Source: Thainema sp.
GTDB lineage: Bacteria > Cyanobacteriota > Cyanobacteriia > Phormidesmidales > Phormidesmidaceae
Reading direction: 5' to 3'
DNA length: 64,000 nucleotides
Assembly: GCA_052168235.1 (NCBI GenBank)
Contig: JBQLZK010000014.1
Span: 56,495 to 120,494, forward strand
The notes below the pieces were generated by a model. That model had not been told where the DNA came from. It was given only the letters and a program-made list of their open reading frames with translations, and did not search any database. Shown one piece after another: positions 19,244 to 29,359 of this stretch. The first letter of the stretch is position 1; every line of letters starts with the position of its first letter. The position numbers were made by a program, and so were the translations under genes.

Positions 19244-19903
19244 ATGGAAAGCATCATGGAAATTGCCAAGTGGGCATTCTTTGTGTTGGTATCGTTTGTT
19301 GTCTTGGGGATTACTCTTTATTTTGTCTTCTCGCCCTTTGCGCTAGTAATTGGTTTATTTAATCCAAGTGCTGTTCTTGATGACAAAAAACCACAAACTC
19401 GATTTAGAGTTCTAAAAAATTATGCATTAACTTCATTTGTTACTGTAATCGTTGGGTTGGGCATGCTTTCATCATCTACTTTTGAAGAAAGCGCTCAAGC
19501 AGCAAACAGTTATACATCTTCAGTAATTTCATCTTCAATGCAAAGCACGTCTAAAAGTCAGCTCATTGCTAATAGAGCATCAATGACAGAACTTGCCCAA
19601 CGAGTACAGTCGGGAATGACTTTCAGCGAGGTTATTTCATTGCTTGGAGAGCCAGACTCTGTATTGAATGATGAAATTAGAGAAGCAATTGGGGAGTTAC
19701 CAACGGGAGATGACCTCTATGCCTTTTATTGGAAAAACGATAAGTTGGACTGCTTCCCTGTTGTAGTCACTTTCTCATCTATAACTGGATTGGCAACTGG
19801 AAAAGATGAAGGAAGATATTGTGAATCAGGCTTAAGAGGCACTGAATTTTTGGAGCCACTTGGTGAACCATGCGAAGGTAATTCACTCTGTAAGTTTAGG
19901 TAA
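19244..19903 (+). CDS. Hypothetical membrane-anchored protein with SmpA/OmlA-like small domain
   Basis: N-terminal TM segments, S-rich linker, VQSGMTFSEVISLLGEPD motif, four C-terminal Cys; AT-rich coding sequence. Confidence 0.6.
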   Translation: MESIMEIAKWAFFVLVSFVVLGITLYFVFSPFALVIGLFNPSAVLDDKKPQTRFRVLKNYALTSFVTVIVGLGMLSSSTFEESAQAANSYTSSVISSSMQSTSKSQLIANRASMTELAQRVQSGMTFSEVISLLGEPDSVLNDEIREAIGELPTGDDLYAFYWKNDKLDCFPVVVTFSSITGLATGKDEGRYCESGLRGTEFLEPLGEPCEGNSLCKFR

Positions 19904-20082
19904 GGGAAGTACACCATCAAGTTAGCAGCAGTGTGGTTGTGGTATTCAATAAACTGCGATCGCACCTGCCCCAACAACGATTAAATTCGTTGTGGATGAA
20001 GTTCAATCCATAGCAAAAAGGTGCATTAAGCCAAGCTGTAACGCACCTTTCGGGATCTTCAGTTTTAGAATGGTATGGCTAA

Positions 20083-20673
20083 CTAGCCTTCTTCAGACGA
20101 ACTCGCCGCTGTGCGGGGATAGTTGTCATCAACAAAGCCCATTTCAAACAGTTGCTGATACGCCTTTTCACCCAGGTCACGAGTGGGCGATTGACTACCA
20201 ATAATTTGAATCAACAGTGGCACAGCCAACTCTGGCTCACCTTTGGCACGATGCACCAGCGCAAGCTGATAAGTTGCCTGATCACGCATTTCAGCCGCAG
20301 TCAATGCATTCGAGCGATTCGCTTCCGAAATCCGATTATCAACACCCGTAAAGCTCGAAGACAACTGCTGATAGAAATTCGAAAGCTGATTGAACACTTG
20401 GCGAGCTTCTTGCAGCTTCGTTTCTGCTAGATCATAGTTTTGAGCCGAAACCGCACTGCTTGCTTCCTGCAAGAGCCGCTCTCCACCAGACATGCTGAGA
20501 ATATTGGTTTGTACCCGGAGGTCGTCCGGCGTCTCGATTTCAGCAGAGGACTCCTCTGGTAACACTTCTTGCGCTTTTAGTGACAATGGCATGCTGAGCA
20601 AAATCGCTCCAGTTAGGGGCAATGCCAACCAAGAAAAAGATGAGGTCATAAACTTATTTCGACGGAGAAGCAT
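20083..20673 (-). CDS. Exported helical (TPR-like) hypothetical protein
   Basis: Signal peptide (SLKAQE); RDQATYQLALVHRA..EPELAVPLLIQII; alternative start 20649. Confidence 0.7.
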   Translation of the reverse strand: MLLRRNKFMTSSFSWLALPLTGAILLSMPLSLKAQEVLPEESSAEIETPDDLRVQTNILSMSGGERLLQEASSAVSAQNYDLAETKLQEARQVFNQLSNFYQQLSSSFTGVDNRISEANRSNALTAAEMRDQATYQLALVHRAKGEPELAVPLLIQIIGSQSPTRDLGEKAYQQLFEMGFVDDNYPRTAASSSEEG

Positions 20674-20926
20674 GGAGTAACGTTGTGTATCGGGGAAAAC
20701 GAGACAGATTAACCTTCGCGTATCTTATCATTACAACTCTGCCACTTTGGTGATTCCCAAATGCTTTATTGCGTGATTGCGAAATTGCGATCGCAACTGG
20801 GGATCGCCCGTTTACCCCCAACGAAGTGCCAATTGGCAATGGTCAAACCAACGGTTAACCATTGCTGAACACCACACCAATAGGTAGACCTGACTGTTTG
20901 ACGCTAGGTTCCCGGACAAAACGTTT

Positions 20927-23005
20927 ATGGCCGCAGACATTCAACCTGAGTATCGAGGACTGATTCTTCAGCGCGGCGGAGAAGAACTGCTGCTGACCAA
21001 ACTGCCCGATCGCTTCACCGTGCGTTTGGTCAACGACGAAATCGATCCCACAGTCTTGCAAACCGCCTTGCAACCCCAAGCCGTGCGTCGCATTCCCACC
21101 GGGAATTTGTTTGAAATTACCGTTGCCGCTGACCAGCTCGAAACCGCAATGGCCCAGGCGCGACAACTAGACGACGTGCGCTTTGCTAGTCACGTATACA
21201 GCCTAGAATCCAGTCCCGCCACGGCTGTGTACCTGGGCGATCAAATCACCATCCAGTTTGCCGATGCAACTCCGACTGAGACAATGGAGACATTGTTGGC
21301 AGATTTGGGTTTGAACATCGTACAGCCCATTGCCGGACTGGCAGGCACCTACGTTGTCCGCGTCGGTAAGACGGCCACCGAAAATCCCATTAAGCTCGCT
21401 AATCGGCTCACGGCCTCGCCCCATGTCCTCCTAGCCGAACCGGACGTAATTATCCAAACCCAAACGCTCTATCGCCCCACCGATCCCCTCTACGCAGAGC
21501 AGTGGTATCTCCAGCATGACGGCGGAGCCGAACTGGCCGCCAACTCTCACATTGAAGTTGAAGCAGCCTGGGAACTAACGCGGGGCAATCGCTCCATTGT
21601 CGTGGCGATTATTGACGATGGCTTTGACCTGAATCACCCCGATTTTCAGGGTTTGGGTAAAATTGTGGCCCCCTATGATTTCTATGCGCAAGATTTCTTG
21701 CCCCTGCCGGAACAGCCCGCCGAAAATCACGGAACAGCAGTCGCAGGAGTTGCGATCGCAGAAGAAAATGGTCAGGGCATTGTCGGTGTGGCTCCCGGTT
21801 GCGCCCTGATGCCGATTCGCAGCACGGGCTACATCGACGACGACTCAATTGAGCGCATGTTTGGCTGGGCCATGACCCACGGAGCCGACGTGATTTCCTG
21901 TAGCTGGGGCGTTAGCGCCGTCTACTTTCCCCTCTCCCTGCGACAGCGGCTGGCCATTCATCGCGCCGCCACCGAAGGCAGAAACGGCAAAGGTTGCGTG
22001 ATTCTGTTCGCCGCTGGCAATGCCAACCGACCCGTGAGCGGCTCCATCAACGAAACGGGCTGGTCGAAATCGGTAATCAAAGGCGAAACCCAGTGGCTCA
22101 ACGGCTTTGCCGTGCATCCCGACGTAATGGCCGTTGCCGCCATCACCAGTCTGAATCGCAAGGCCGCCTACAGCAATTGGGGCAAACAGATTTCCGTTGC
22201 CGCACCCAGCAATAATGCGCCGCCGGGCACCTATCTCACGACCGAAGGAGCCGTCTTAACTGGCCCACCCGTCACGATTTCACTGCTGGGCCGGGGCATT
22301 TTTACTGCTGACCGACTGGCCGAGCTGGGCTATGCCGCAGGCGATTTTACCGATACCTTTGGCGGCACCTCCAGCGCTTGTCCTGTCGTGGCCGGAGTGG
22401 CAGCTTTAGTCCTCTCGGCCAACCCTGAACTGACTGCCGCAGAGGTCAAAACGCTGATTGAGCAAACCGCCGAGAAAGTCGTCGATCCCAATCCCGATCC
22501 GCAGTTGAATCTCCGGAAGGGCACCTACAGCAATCAGGGGCATTCCGAATGGTTTGGCTACGGTCGTGTTCACGCGCAGCAAGCCGTTCAGGAAGCCCTG
22601 CGCCGCCTGCCCGATCTGGGTCAAGCCGTCAGCCAAATTCAGCGTCGCGATGATGCGATCGCACTTATCCCCGATGCCGATCCGGCGGGTCTCAAACGCG
22701 CCATCATCATCACCGAACCGCAGGAAATTCGCTCGATTCAGGTCACTCTTGCCGTTGAACATAGCTTTTTGGGCGATCTGGAAATCTATCTGCTGCCGCC
22801 CCAGCATCCGGCCATTCTGCTCCAGGGCCGCACCCTCGGTCGCCAAACCCGACTGCAAACCACCTATTCCCTGGCGACAACGCCCAACCTCAGTCCGCTG
22901 CTGGGCAAACCTGCCAACGGACGCTGGCAACTCTGGCTGATCGACCGCGTACCGGAGAACACCGGACAGCTCCAGTTTTGGCAAATCGATCTCGGTTTAG
23001 CGTAA
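20927..23005 (+). CDS. S8 subtilase with C-terminal proprotein convertase P-domain
   Basis: VAIIDDG, HGTAVAG, AAGN, GTSSACP, WFGYGRVHA; P-domain H.FLGDL.I.L...G.W.L...D. Confidence 0.92.
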   Translation: MAADIQPEYRGLILQRGGEELLLTKLPDRFTVRLVNDEIDPTVLQTALQPQAVRRIPTGNLFEITVAADQLETAMAQARQLDDVRFASHVYSLESSPATAVYLGDQITIQFADATPTETMETLLADLGLNIVQPIAGLAGTYVVRVGKTATENPIKLANRLTASPHVLLAEPDVIIQTQTLYRPTDPLYAEQWYLQHDGGAELAANSHIEVEAAWELTRGNRSIVVAIIDDGFDLNHPDFQGLGKIVAPYDFYAQDFLPLPEQPAENHGTAVAGVAIAEENGQGIVGVAPGCALMPIRSTGYIDDDSIERMFGWAMTHGADVISCSWGVSAVYFPLSLRQRLAIHRAATEGRNGKGCVILFAAGNANRPVSGSINETGWSKSVIKGETQWLNGFAVHPDVMAVAAITSLNRKAAYSNWGKQISVAAPSNNAPPGTYLTTEGAVLTGPPVTISLLGRGIFTADRLAELGYAAGDFTDTFGGTSSACPVVAGVAALVLSANPELTAAEVKTLIEQTAEKVVDPNPDPQLNLRKGTYSNQGHSEWFGYGRVHAQQAVQEALRRLPDLGQAVSQIQRRDDAIALIPDADPAGLKRAIIITEPQEIRSIQVTLAVEHSFLGDLEIYLLPPQHPAILLQGRTLGRQTRLQTTYSLATTPNLSPLLGKPANGRWQLWLIDRVPENTGQLQFWQIDLGLA

Positions 23006-23083
23006 AGGGGGATACGGATATGGCCTGGTTTTGGCAAATTGATCTCGGTTTAGCGTAAAGGGGATGCATATATGGCCTGGTTT
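22976..23083 (+). repeat. Tandem duplication (~53 bp x 2) spanning the subtilase stop and the GDPD start
   Basis: TTTTGGCAAAT(C/T)GATCTCGGTTTAGCGTAAAGGGG..GAT....ATATGGCCTGG occurs twice. Confidence 0.9.
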
Positions 23084-23797
23084 AAAGATCAACCGATTGC
23101 CCATCGCGGCTACCACAATAATGGTTCGATTCCAGAAAATTCACTGGCAGCCGTCGAAGCTGCGATCGCACCTGGGTATGCTGCTGAAATTGACATTCAC
23201 CTGCTCAAGGATGGCAATATCGCCGTTTTCCATGACGATACCCTCGACCGTATGACAGGTGTATCTGGCAACATCACGGATCAGGATGCTGAATCGCTCA
23301 AACCGCTACGCTTGGGCAATACCGATCATCCCATTCCGCTGCTTGAAGAGGTGTTGACCGCAGTCAACGGAGCCATCCCGCTGGTGATCGAAATTAAAAG
23401 CAAAGGCAAAGACAGCGTCGGCCCGCTGGAAACGGCACTAGCAAAAAAATTGGCCGATTATCCTGGTGATTACGCCATCCAATCGTTCAATCCTTACACC
23501 CTGGCCTGGTTTAAACAACATCTGCCAAATGTGCCGCGCGGCCAGCTCTCCGGCAACTTCGCAGGCGAAGATTTGGCCTGGACGAAGAAACTGTTGCTCA
23601 GCAACTTACTGCTGAATTCTGTCAGTCAGCCCGCTTTTATCGGCTACGACTTGAAAGCACTGCCCCACGTCGCCCCTTTCCTAAACAATCGGCTATTCGG
23701 TACGCCCATCGTCGCCTGGACAATTCGCAACCCAGATGATTATGAGAAAGCAAAACGTGTAGCCGACAACGTTATTTTTGAGCTGATTGTCCCGTAG
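23072..23797 (+). CDS. Glycerophosphodiester phosphodiesterase family protein
   Basis: IAHRG, PENSL, EIDI, VFHD.TL.R, EIK, IQSFN, AWT. Confidence 0.92.
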   Translation: MAWFKDQPIAHRGYHNNGSIPENSLAAVEAAIAPGYAAEIDIHLLKDGNIAVFHDDTLDRMTGVSGNITDQDAESLKPLRLGNTDHPIPLLEEVLTAVNGAIPLVIEIKSKGKDSVGPLETALAKKLADYPGDYAIQSFNPYTLAWFKQHLPNVPRGQLSGNFAGEDLAWTKKLLLSNLLLNSVSQPAFIGYDLKALPHVAPFLNNRLFGTPIVAWTIRNPDDYEKAKRVADNVIFELIVP

Positions 23798-23798
23798 A

Positions 23799-23893
23799 TA
23801 TAGCGGTAGCCATGTTGGTTAGGACATTTTTGTGGCGCGGCTCCGCCGCGCCACAAAAATGTCCGTGCTCTAACCTAGCTGACTACAGCTATA
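23799..23893. mobile_element. 95-bp MITE-like element family D (TATAGC...GCTATA ends, 20-bp-arm hairpin)
   Basis: Fills the gap between two convergent genes and overlaps the stop codon at 23889; hairpin 23822-23864; deleted derivative at 33319-33366. Confidence 0.75.
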
Positions 23894-24881
23894 TTTCACC
23901 AGGTCGCCGTTGAAAATACACCATCAGCGCGATAAAAATACCTGTTCCAGTAATGTATTTCACTACGTCTGGAATGAGCGGACTGGGCGAAAAGAATCCT
24001 TCAATGATCCCTGCGATCACCAGCATTGTGACCACGCCATAAACCAGCTTGGCCGCCTTTAGCCCATAAAACCGCAGTGCCTCAGCCCGCCGATAGCGAC
24101 CGGGAAATAGGATACTGCGTCCCAGCAGCAACCCCGCTCCGCCTGCCAGAAAAATGGCGGGCAGCTCCAGCGATCCGTGAGGAAAAACAAAGGCCCAAAA
24201 CGGCGTCGCCAAATTCGCCTGTCCCACCAGCGTGCCAACCGAGCCAATCAGCAACCCATTCATAAACAGCAGAAACACCGTGAAGCTCCCTGGCGGCGTG
24301 ATCATCGGTACCTGCGGAATATACATGGTGATGCCGCCAAAGATGGCCAGAAACGAGACGCGGATATTGTTCACCATAATTTGGCTAGAGGCCAGCGGCT
24401 CCATGCCCAGAATTGACCCCATCCACAGTTCCTGATCCTCCTGCACCTTATCGATCAGCCAAGGCGGCACAACCGTCGCCATAAACTCCGGATCTTGCCA
24501 GGAAAACCACCAGCCAATTAACCCACCTAGAATAAAGAGCGAAGTTGCGATCGCACTATACACCCACGTATCCCGTACAATCGCCGGAAACCCATAGTTA
24601 TAAAACTCCACCACCGCCTGCCAGTCTTGCTTGCGTGAGCCTTGGTAGATTTGGCTGTAGCCCCGCGAGGTCAAGTTCTGTAGCTGCTGAATCAGCGCCC
24701 TGCTGAGCTGATTGGTTTGCGCCCGCGCCAAATCCGCAGATACCGAACGATATAAACTCGCCATCTGCTTAACTTGATCGGTGCGGAGCGACTTTAAACC
24801 TTTCTTTTCTGCCTGCTTCAGCAAGCCATCCAACTGCTGCCAACTCGGTTCCCGTCGCGCAATCCACCGTTTAACGTTCAT
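23889..24881 (-). CDS. SpoIIM family membrane protein
   Basis: LYR.VSADLARA, IMVNNIRVSF, PHGSLELPAI..AGGAGL, IAGIIEGFFSP. Confidence 0.9.
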   Translation of the reverse strand: MNVKRWIARREPSWQQLDGLLKQAEKKGLKSLRTDQVKQMASLYRSVSADLARAQTNQLSRALIQQLQNLTSRGYSQIYQGSRKQDWQAVVEFYNYGFPAIVRDTWVYSAIATSLFILGGLIGWWFSWQDPEFMATVVPPWLIDKVQEDQELWMGSILGMEPLASSQIMVNNIRVSFLAIFGGITMYIPQVPMITPPGSFTVFLLFMNGLLIGSVGTLVGQANLATPFWAFVFPHGSLELPAIFLAGGAGLLLGRSILFPGRYRRAEALRFYGLKAAKLVYGVVTMLVIAGIIEGFFSPSPLIPDVVKYITGTGIFIALMVYFQRRPGEI

Positions 24882-25241
24882 ACCGCCTGCTTTGCCGCTA
24901 TTCCGCCGTTATTTCGTCGTGATTGACTGGATCATGCAATCCTCTCTGCCTAAGATAGCCTGTCCTGTTCTGCCAACACTGAAGACGAAAGGGTTTGCAA
25001 TAAAGCACTTAAGAGAACTACCTGGACTCGCCGATTTAGATCTTGAGCTGTTGGCTCGATGTGTACTGATGGCGCAAACCTCTCGACTAGAGGCTGTCAA
25101 AGCGTTTCGCCAGGGTATTTAAGCCTACAAATATCTTAGTTCATGTGAACTATTTTGGGTTATAATCAGAACACAAAGCAGTACAAGATTACCATGCGCT
25201 GTCTTTACTGCTTTGGCTGCCGTTCATTCCCAATCAGCACA

Positions 25242-25616
25242 ATGGCTACCTATCCTGTCCGACAGTCGCCTGTCACCCTTTCTGCACCTGCTCCTCGGTG
25301 GGAAACCATTCGCTTCCGCCGTGCAAAAGATAGCAAAGGCTGGGCACTACTAGGTATTCCTCATCGTATCTATCCAATTGTGGCAACCCGTCTATTTGAG
25401 CAGCGAGCGAAGCTGATTCAAAAGCATGATGCCGATGAGTTTGTCAGCATCTTGTTTGAAGCACCTGCTACGCTAGCCGCTAGATTAGCGCTGGCGTTTC
25501 CTGCCCCTCCCGGTTGCGAGGTGCTCAAAATCGCACCAACCCGCGATCTCGTTTTGTCTGGCAAAGCCGCTAATTCTAAAAAAGCATTGCAGCAGGCGAT
25601 GGATTCAGCAGCGTAA
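25242..25616 (+). CDS. Hypothetical protein
   Basis: Open frame with protein-like composition, no recognisable motif; start uncertain (25155/25194/25242). Confidence 0.5.
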   Translation: MATYPVRQSPVTLSAPAPRWETIRFRRAKDSKGWALLGIPHRIYPIVATRLFEQRAKLIQKHDADEFVSILFEAPATLAARLALAFPAPPGCEVLKIAPTRDLVLSGKAANSKKALQQAMDSAA

Positions 25617-25710
25617 GGTTAGCTGTTATTTAACAGTAGATTTAGTTAGTTGAAGAGCAAGGGGGCGTGGGGGCAGGGGAGCTTTTTATGGCTGGACGTT
25701 AACAGCGAGT

Positions 25711-26466
25711 TTAGCTGGAATGCTTGTCGTGTTTAGTTGCGGAATGCATGTGGCTCAGATGGCGACGGTGACGACGGCGATGCTGAAAGTTGCGTGTCAG
25801 CCGTACACCAAAAACGTAACCGATGATCGATGCAACTAATCCAACGATTGCTGAACCAATCATTAACGTCAACAGAATGTCTGCCCCCATGGTCTTAATC
25901 GTAGACCACGACTGGAGGTCAGCATCTAACACATCATCCAAGTTGATGCCTGTAATGAACTGACCAATCCACAGATTGAAGGCATAAATTGGCACGTAGG
26001 TTAGTGGATTGCTAACCCAGGTGCCCGCTGCGGCTGCGATTTTGTTGCCGCGTAGGATAGCTGCGATCGCAATTCCAATTAACGTCTGAAAGCCAAACAG
26101 GGGAAAGCAACCTGCAAACACCCCTGAAGCAAGTCCCCGTGCCAGAGCTTCTGGCGTGCTTCTCAGCCGAATGAAGCGGTAGTAGAAATACCGAATCCGG
26201 CGCGACCAGCTCCGTCGTGTGGAGTGGAAGCGGGATCGATAGGGTTTATCCTCCAATGGCGGCATCGTTGAGCGAGGGTTTGGGGGTGTGATATTAGGTG
26301 TGCGGATGGGCTGGAGTTTGGAAGGCCGCGACTGTTGCGATTCCGGTGCGACTTGTGATGGTTGAGCATCCGTAGTAGGGTAATCCTTCCCCATTTTAGA
26401 TTCAGTTTCTAATCCCTCATTCATAGCCAGCATTTGTTGAACGGTGTGAGGAGGCTGTGCATTCAC
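25711..26466 (-). CDS. DUF2062 family membrane protein
   Basis: TPEALARGLA.GVF.GCFP.FG.Q, WVSNPLTYVPIY; disordered N-terminus, true start may be internal. Confidence 0.88.
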   Translation of the reverse strand: MNAQPPHTVQQMLAMNEGLETESKMGKDYPTTDAQPSQVAPESQQSRPSKLQPIRTPNITPPNPRSTMPPLEDKPYRSRFHSTRRSWSRRIRYFYYRFIRLRSTPEALARGLASGVFAGCFPLFGFQTLIGIAIAAILRGNKIAAAAGTWVSNPLTYVPIYAFNLWIGQFITGINLDDVLDADLQSWSTIKTMGADILLTLMIGSAIVGLVASIIGYVFGVRLTRNFQHRRRHRRHLSHMHSATKHDKHSS

Positions 26467-26610
26467 GGCAAATTAGCAGTAGCTTCTGTCACTATATTAA
26501 GGGTTACTCTACTTGCGTCGATTGGATTGGTTAGCAATTCGCGAATCCTCAAGAACGCATCACATTCTTGATCCCTGGCCTTATCTACTGTTGACTTCTC
26601 TGGAAACCCC

Positions 26611-27993
26611 ATGACTCAATCGCTGCCTCAACAAGACACCATCGCTGCGATCGCAACTGCGGTTGTGCCGCAGCAGGGCAGCGTGGGCATTGTGCGGTTG
26701 TCCGGTGCAACCGCGCGGGAGATTGCCCATAAGCTCTTTCATGTACCCGGACAGCAAGCTTGGGAAAGCCACCGGATTCTCTACGGCACCATTCGCGATC
26801 CCGACACGCAGCAGGTTGTTGATGAAGCATTACTACTGTTGATGCTGGCCCCCCGCTCCTACACGCGAGAAGACGTGGTGGAATTCCACTGTCACGGCGG
26901 CATTATGGCTGTGCAGCAAGTTTTGCGTTTGTGCCTGACTGCTGGGGCACGACTGGCGGAACCCGGTGAGTTTACCTTACGCGCCTTTCTCAACGGTCGG
27001 ATTGATCTCACTCAGGCCGAAGGCATTGCCGATCTCGTGGGGGCGCGATCGCCCCAAGCCGCGCAAACGGCATTGGCAGGACTTCAAGGTAAACTAGCCC
27101 AGCCGATTCGTACCCTGCGTTCATCTTGTCTGGATTTACTAGCTGAAATTGAAGCCCGCATTGATTTTGAGGATGATCTACCGCCGCTGGATGAAATTGC
27201 CGTGCAACAGCAGTTAGATAACGTCCTAACGGAAACTACCAAAATCCTCGCCACTGCCGATCAGGGCGAACTCTTGCGCACCGGATTAAAAGTAGCGATC
27301 GTCGGTCGTCCCAATGTCGGCAAATCGAGCCTACTCAATGCCTGGAGCCGCAGCGATCGCGCCATTGTCACCGAGCTTCCCGGTACAACGCGAGACGTAG
27401 TGGAATCGCAGCTCGTCGTGGGCGGCATTCCGATTCAAGTTCTAGACACCGCTGGCATTCGAGAAGCTACTGACCAAGTTGAGCAAATTGGCGTGATGCG
27501 ATCGCAGTCTGCCGCCCAATCCGCCGACCTCGTTCTGTTCACCATCGACGCGCAAACAGGCTGGACACAGGATGACCAGGTCATCTATGAAAAAGTCAAG
27601 CATCGTCCGCTGATTTTGGTACTCAACAAAATCGATCTGGTTGAGCAACCGCCTGCCATTGATCTCACTGAACCTATTCAGCGCGTCGCCACCGCCGCCG
27701 CTGAGCAGCAGGGTATCGATAAGCTGGAGCAGGCCATTCTCTCCGTCGTACAAACGGGAGGGCTGACTGCCGCTAATCTCGACGTTGCTATCAACCAACG
27801 TCAGGCTGCCGCTTTAACCCAGGCTCATCAAGCGCTCCAGCGAGTTCAGCAGACGATTCAGGAACAGCTACCGCTCGATTTTTGGACAATTGACCTCCGT
27901 GAAGCCATCCGCGCCCTCGGCAGCATCACGGGTGAAGAAATGACCGAATCCATGCTGGATCAAATCTTCAGCCGATTTTGCATCGGGAAATAA
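26611..27993 (+). CDS. mnmE: tRNA modification GTPase MnmE (TrmE)
   Basis: [36 protein letters not shown]-terminal FCIGK. Confidence 0.98.
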   Translation: MTQSLPQQDTIAAIATAVVPQQGSVGIVRLSGATAREIAHKLFHVPGQQAWESHRILYGTIRDPDTQQVVDEALLLLMLAPRSYTREDVVEFHCHGGIMAVQQVLRLCLTAGARLAEPGEFTLRAFLNGRIDLTQAEGIADLVGARSPQAAQTALAGLQGKLAQPIRTLRSSCLDLLAEIEARIDFEDDLPPLDEIAVQQQLDNVLTETTKILATADQGELLRTGLKVAIVGRPNVGKSSLLNAWSRSDRAIVTELPGTTRDVVESQLVVGGIPIQVLDTAGIREATDQVEQIGVMRSQSAAQSADLVLFTIDAQTGWTQDDQVIYEKVKHRPLILVLNKIDLVEQPPAIDLTEPIQRVATAAAEQQGIDKLEQAILSVVQTGGLTAANLDVAINQRQAAALTQAHQALQRVQQTIQEQLPLDFWTIDLREAIRALGSITGEEMTESMLDQIFSRFCIGK

Positions 27994-28018
27994 CACCTGT
28001 TCAGCCCCGAAATCTTTC

Positions 28019-28085
28019 GTAGGGGCGGGTTTAGCCGATCAATGGTCGCCACAGACCCAAATTGATCAACAAAACCCGCCCTTAC
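28019..28085. repeat. GTAG-type REP-like inverted repeat
   Basis: GTAGGGGCGGGTTT...AAACCCGCCCTTAC between convergent genes. Confidence 0.75.
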
Positions 28086-28090
28086 AGGGA

Positions 28091-28774
28091 TTACCGCATT
28101 CCAAACACCAAAGAGCATTCTCCTCGCCAGAACGCTAGAGAATTTCTCCGAGTTTGACAGCAAGGCCAATGCTGCAAGTGTTGTTCTCTTTCCATTGCAG
28201 ACAGATGGTCAAATCCGACAAATGGCTCTAGTCCAAGACCTAAACATAGATGATTCAGTACGTCCTGAAACGGCTCGGTGTGTCCTGGTCGGCCTACATA
28301 CGCATGAGCATACTCATGAGCGATCACGCAAATCCAATCGGCAGGAGCGACGCGCCCCACATCAATCAGCATCGTAATCGGATCAGTAAAAATGTTGCAC
28401 AGGCCATCTAGCCCTAACTCTGAAGCCAATGGTGCCGCCAGAATACGAATATCGGGTCGCTCATGCGGCTCAAAGCACTGATGGCAGGCGTGGAGATAGG
28501 CATTGAGCAGCAGATTGATGCCGTAGATATGTTCACCAATCCACTCACAGACTCGAATGCGCTGCGCCATTGCCTGTCCTGGATCGATCATGTCTGGCGA
28601 TAACGCTTGCGATCGCACCGTTGCCAAATACTCAAAACCGACCTCAAACCAGTCAGCATCAGTGACTTGCTGATTGAACACTGGCGGATCGGGAATTTGA
28701 GAGGTGTGCTGAAGAATGATTGGGTGGGTTGTCGATAAAACAGATGGAACTGGAACGTGACTGGAGTAACTCAA
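28091..28774 (-). CDS. Hypothetical HExxH zinc metalloprotein (SprT-like)
   Basis: VIAHEYAHAYVGRPGHTEPF (HExxH followed by GH...F); TTG start uncertain. Confidence 0.6.
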   Translation of the reverse strand: MSYSSHVPVPSVLSTTHPIILQHTSQIPDPPVFNQQVTDADWFEVGFEYLATVRSQALSPDMIDPGQAMAQRIRVCEWIGEHIYGINLLLNAYLHACHQCFEPHERPDIRILAAPLASELGLDGLCNIFTDPITMLIDVGRVAPADWICVIAHEYAHAYVGRPGHTEPFQDVLNHLCLGLGLEPFVGFDHLSAMEREQHLQHWPCCQTRRNSLAFWRGECSLVFGMR

Positions 28775-29359
28775 ACGCCTGAATCTCGAACGAACGACAG
28801 TGTTAAAAGACCGTTGTAGCGGTCAGCAACTTTATAGTTTGTAATAAATGCGTCAATCTGTCGCTATTTCAGGCTTTTGTCGGCATTTGTGGACATGAAA
28901 CGATTGAGCCGGTTTAGCTGGAGCATATTTTGCCCACAACGCAGGGCAATTTGACCTAACAAGGCATTGGGCAGCAGCAAGTTTTATGTATTCGGGATCT
29001 ATGCAACGTTTAGCTAAAAAACTCAACATACGTTGATGTTCAGATCGCCCATTCTGCTATGGATAGAATATCTTTGGAGAAAGGCATCCTATCGTCAGAC
29101 TATCGTCAGAAAACTTGGGGTTACAACCTGAAGTTATTCAGTCGATCAGGTGTGGATAAAATGCAGGTGCAATTCAGTAGAATAGTCTTCTCTCGATTTA
29201 CCTGTGTTGTTCCCTAATTACTGAGATCGCAGTTTCCACCGCTCAGCATCTGCTAACGGTTGGAGCAACTGAAACTCGCAGTAATGACCTAACTGGAGCC
29301 TTGCGCTTGACCCTGTTCTTTATCTAAATCTTGTTAATTTACAGTCGGTATCACTGCTA

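Noticed and set aside
22406..22984. Long antisense ORFs (also 63160-63747, 29519-29953, 11722-12162)
   Set aside because: Lie opposite well-supported genes and are explained by codon bias.
15327..24881. DUF58 and SpoIIM as one MoxR/RDD-type operon
   Set aside because: Over 7 kb apart with unrelated genes between; no MoxR ATPase or RDD gene in the window.
28780..29359. Long infC leader as a riboswitch or L20 leader
   Set aside because: Only weak hairpins seen, no recognisable Rfam-type motif, and rpmI-rplT do not follow infC here.
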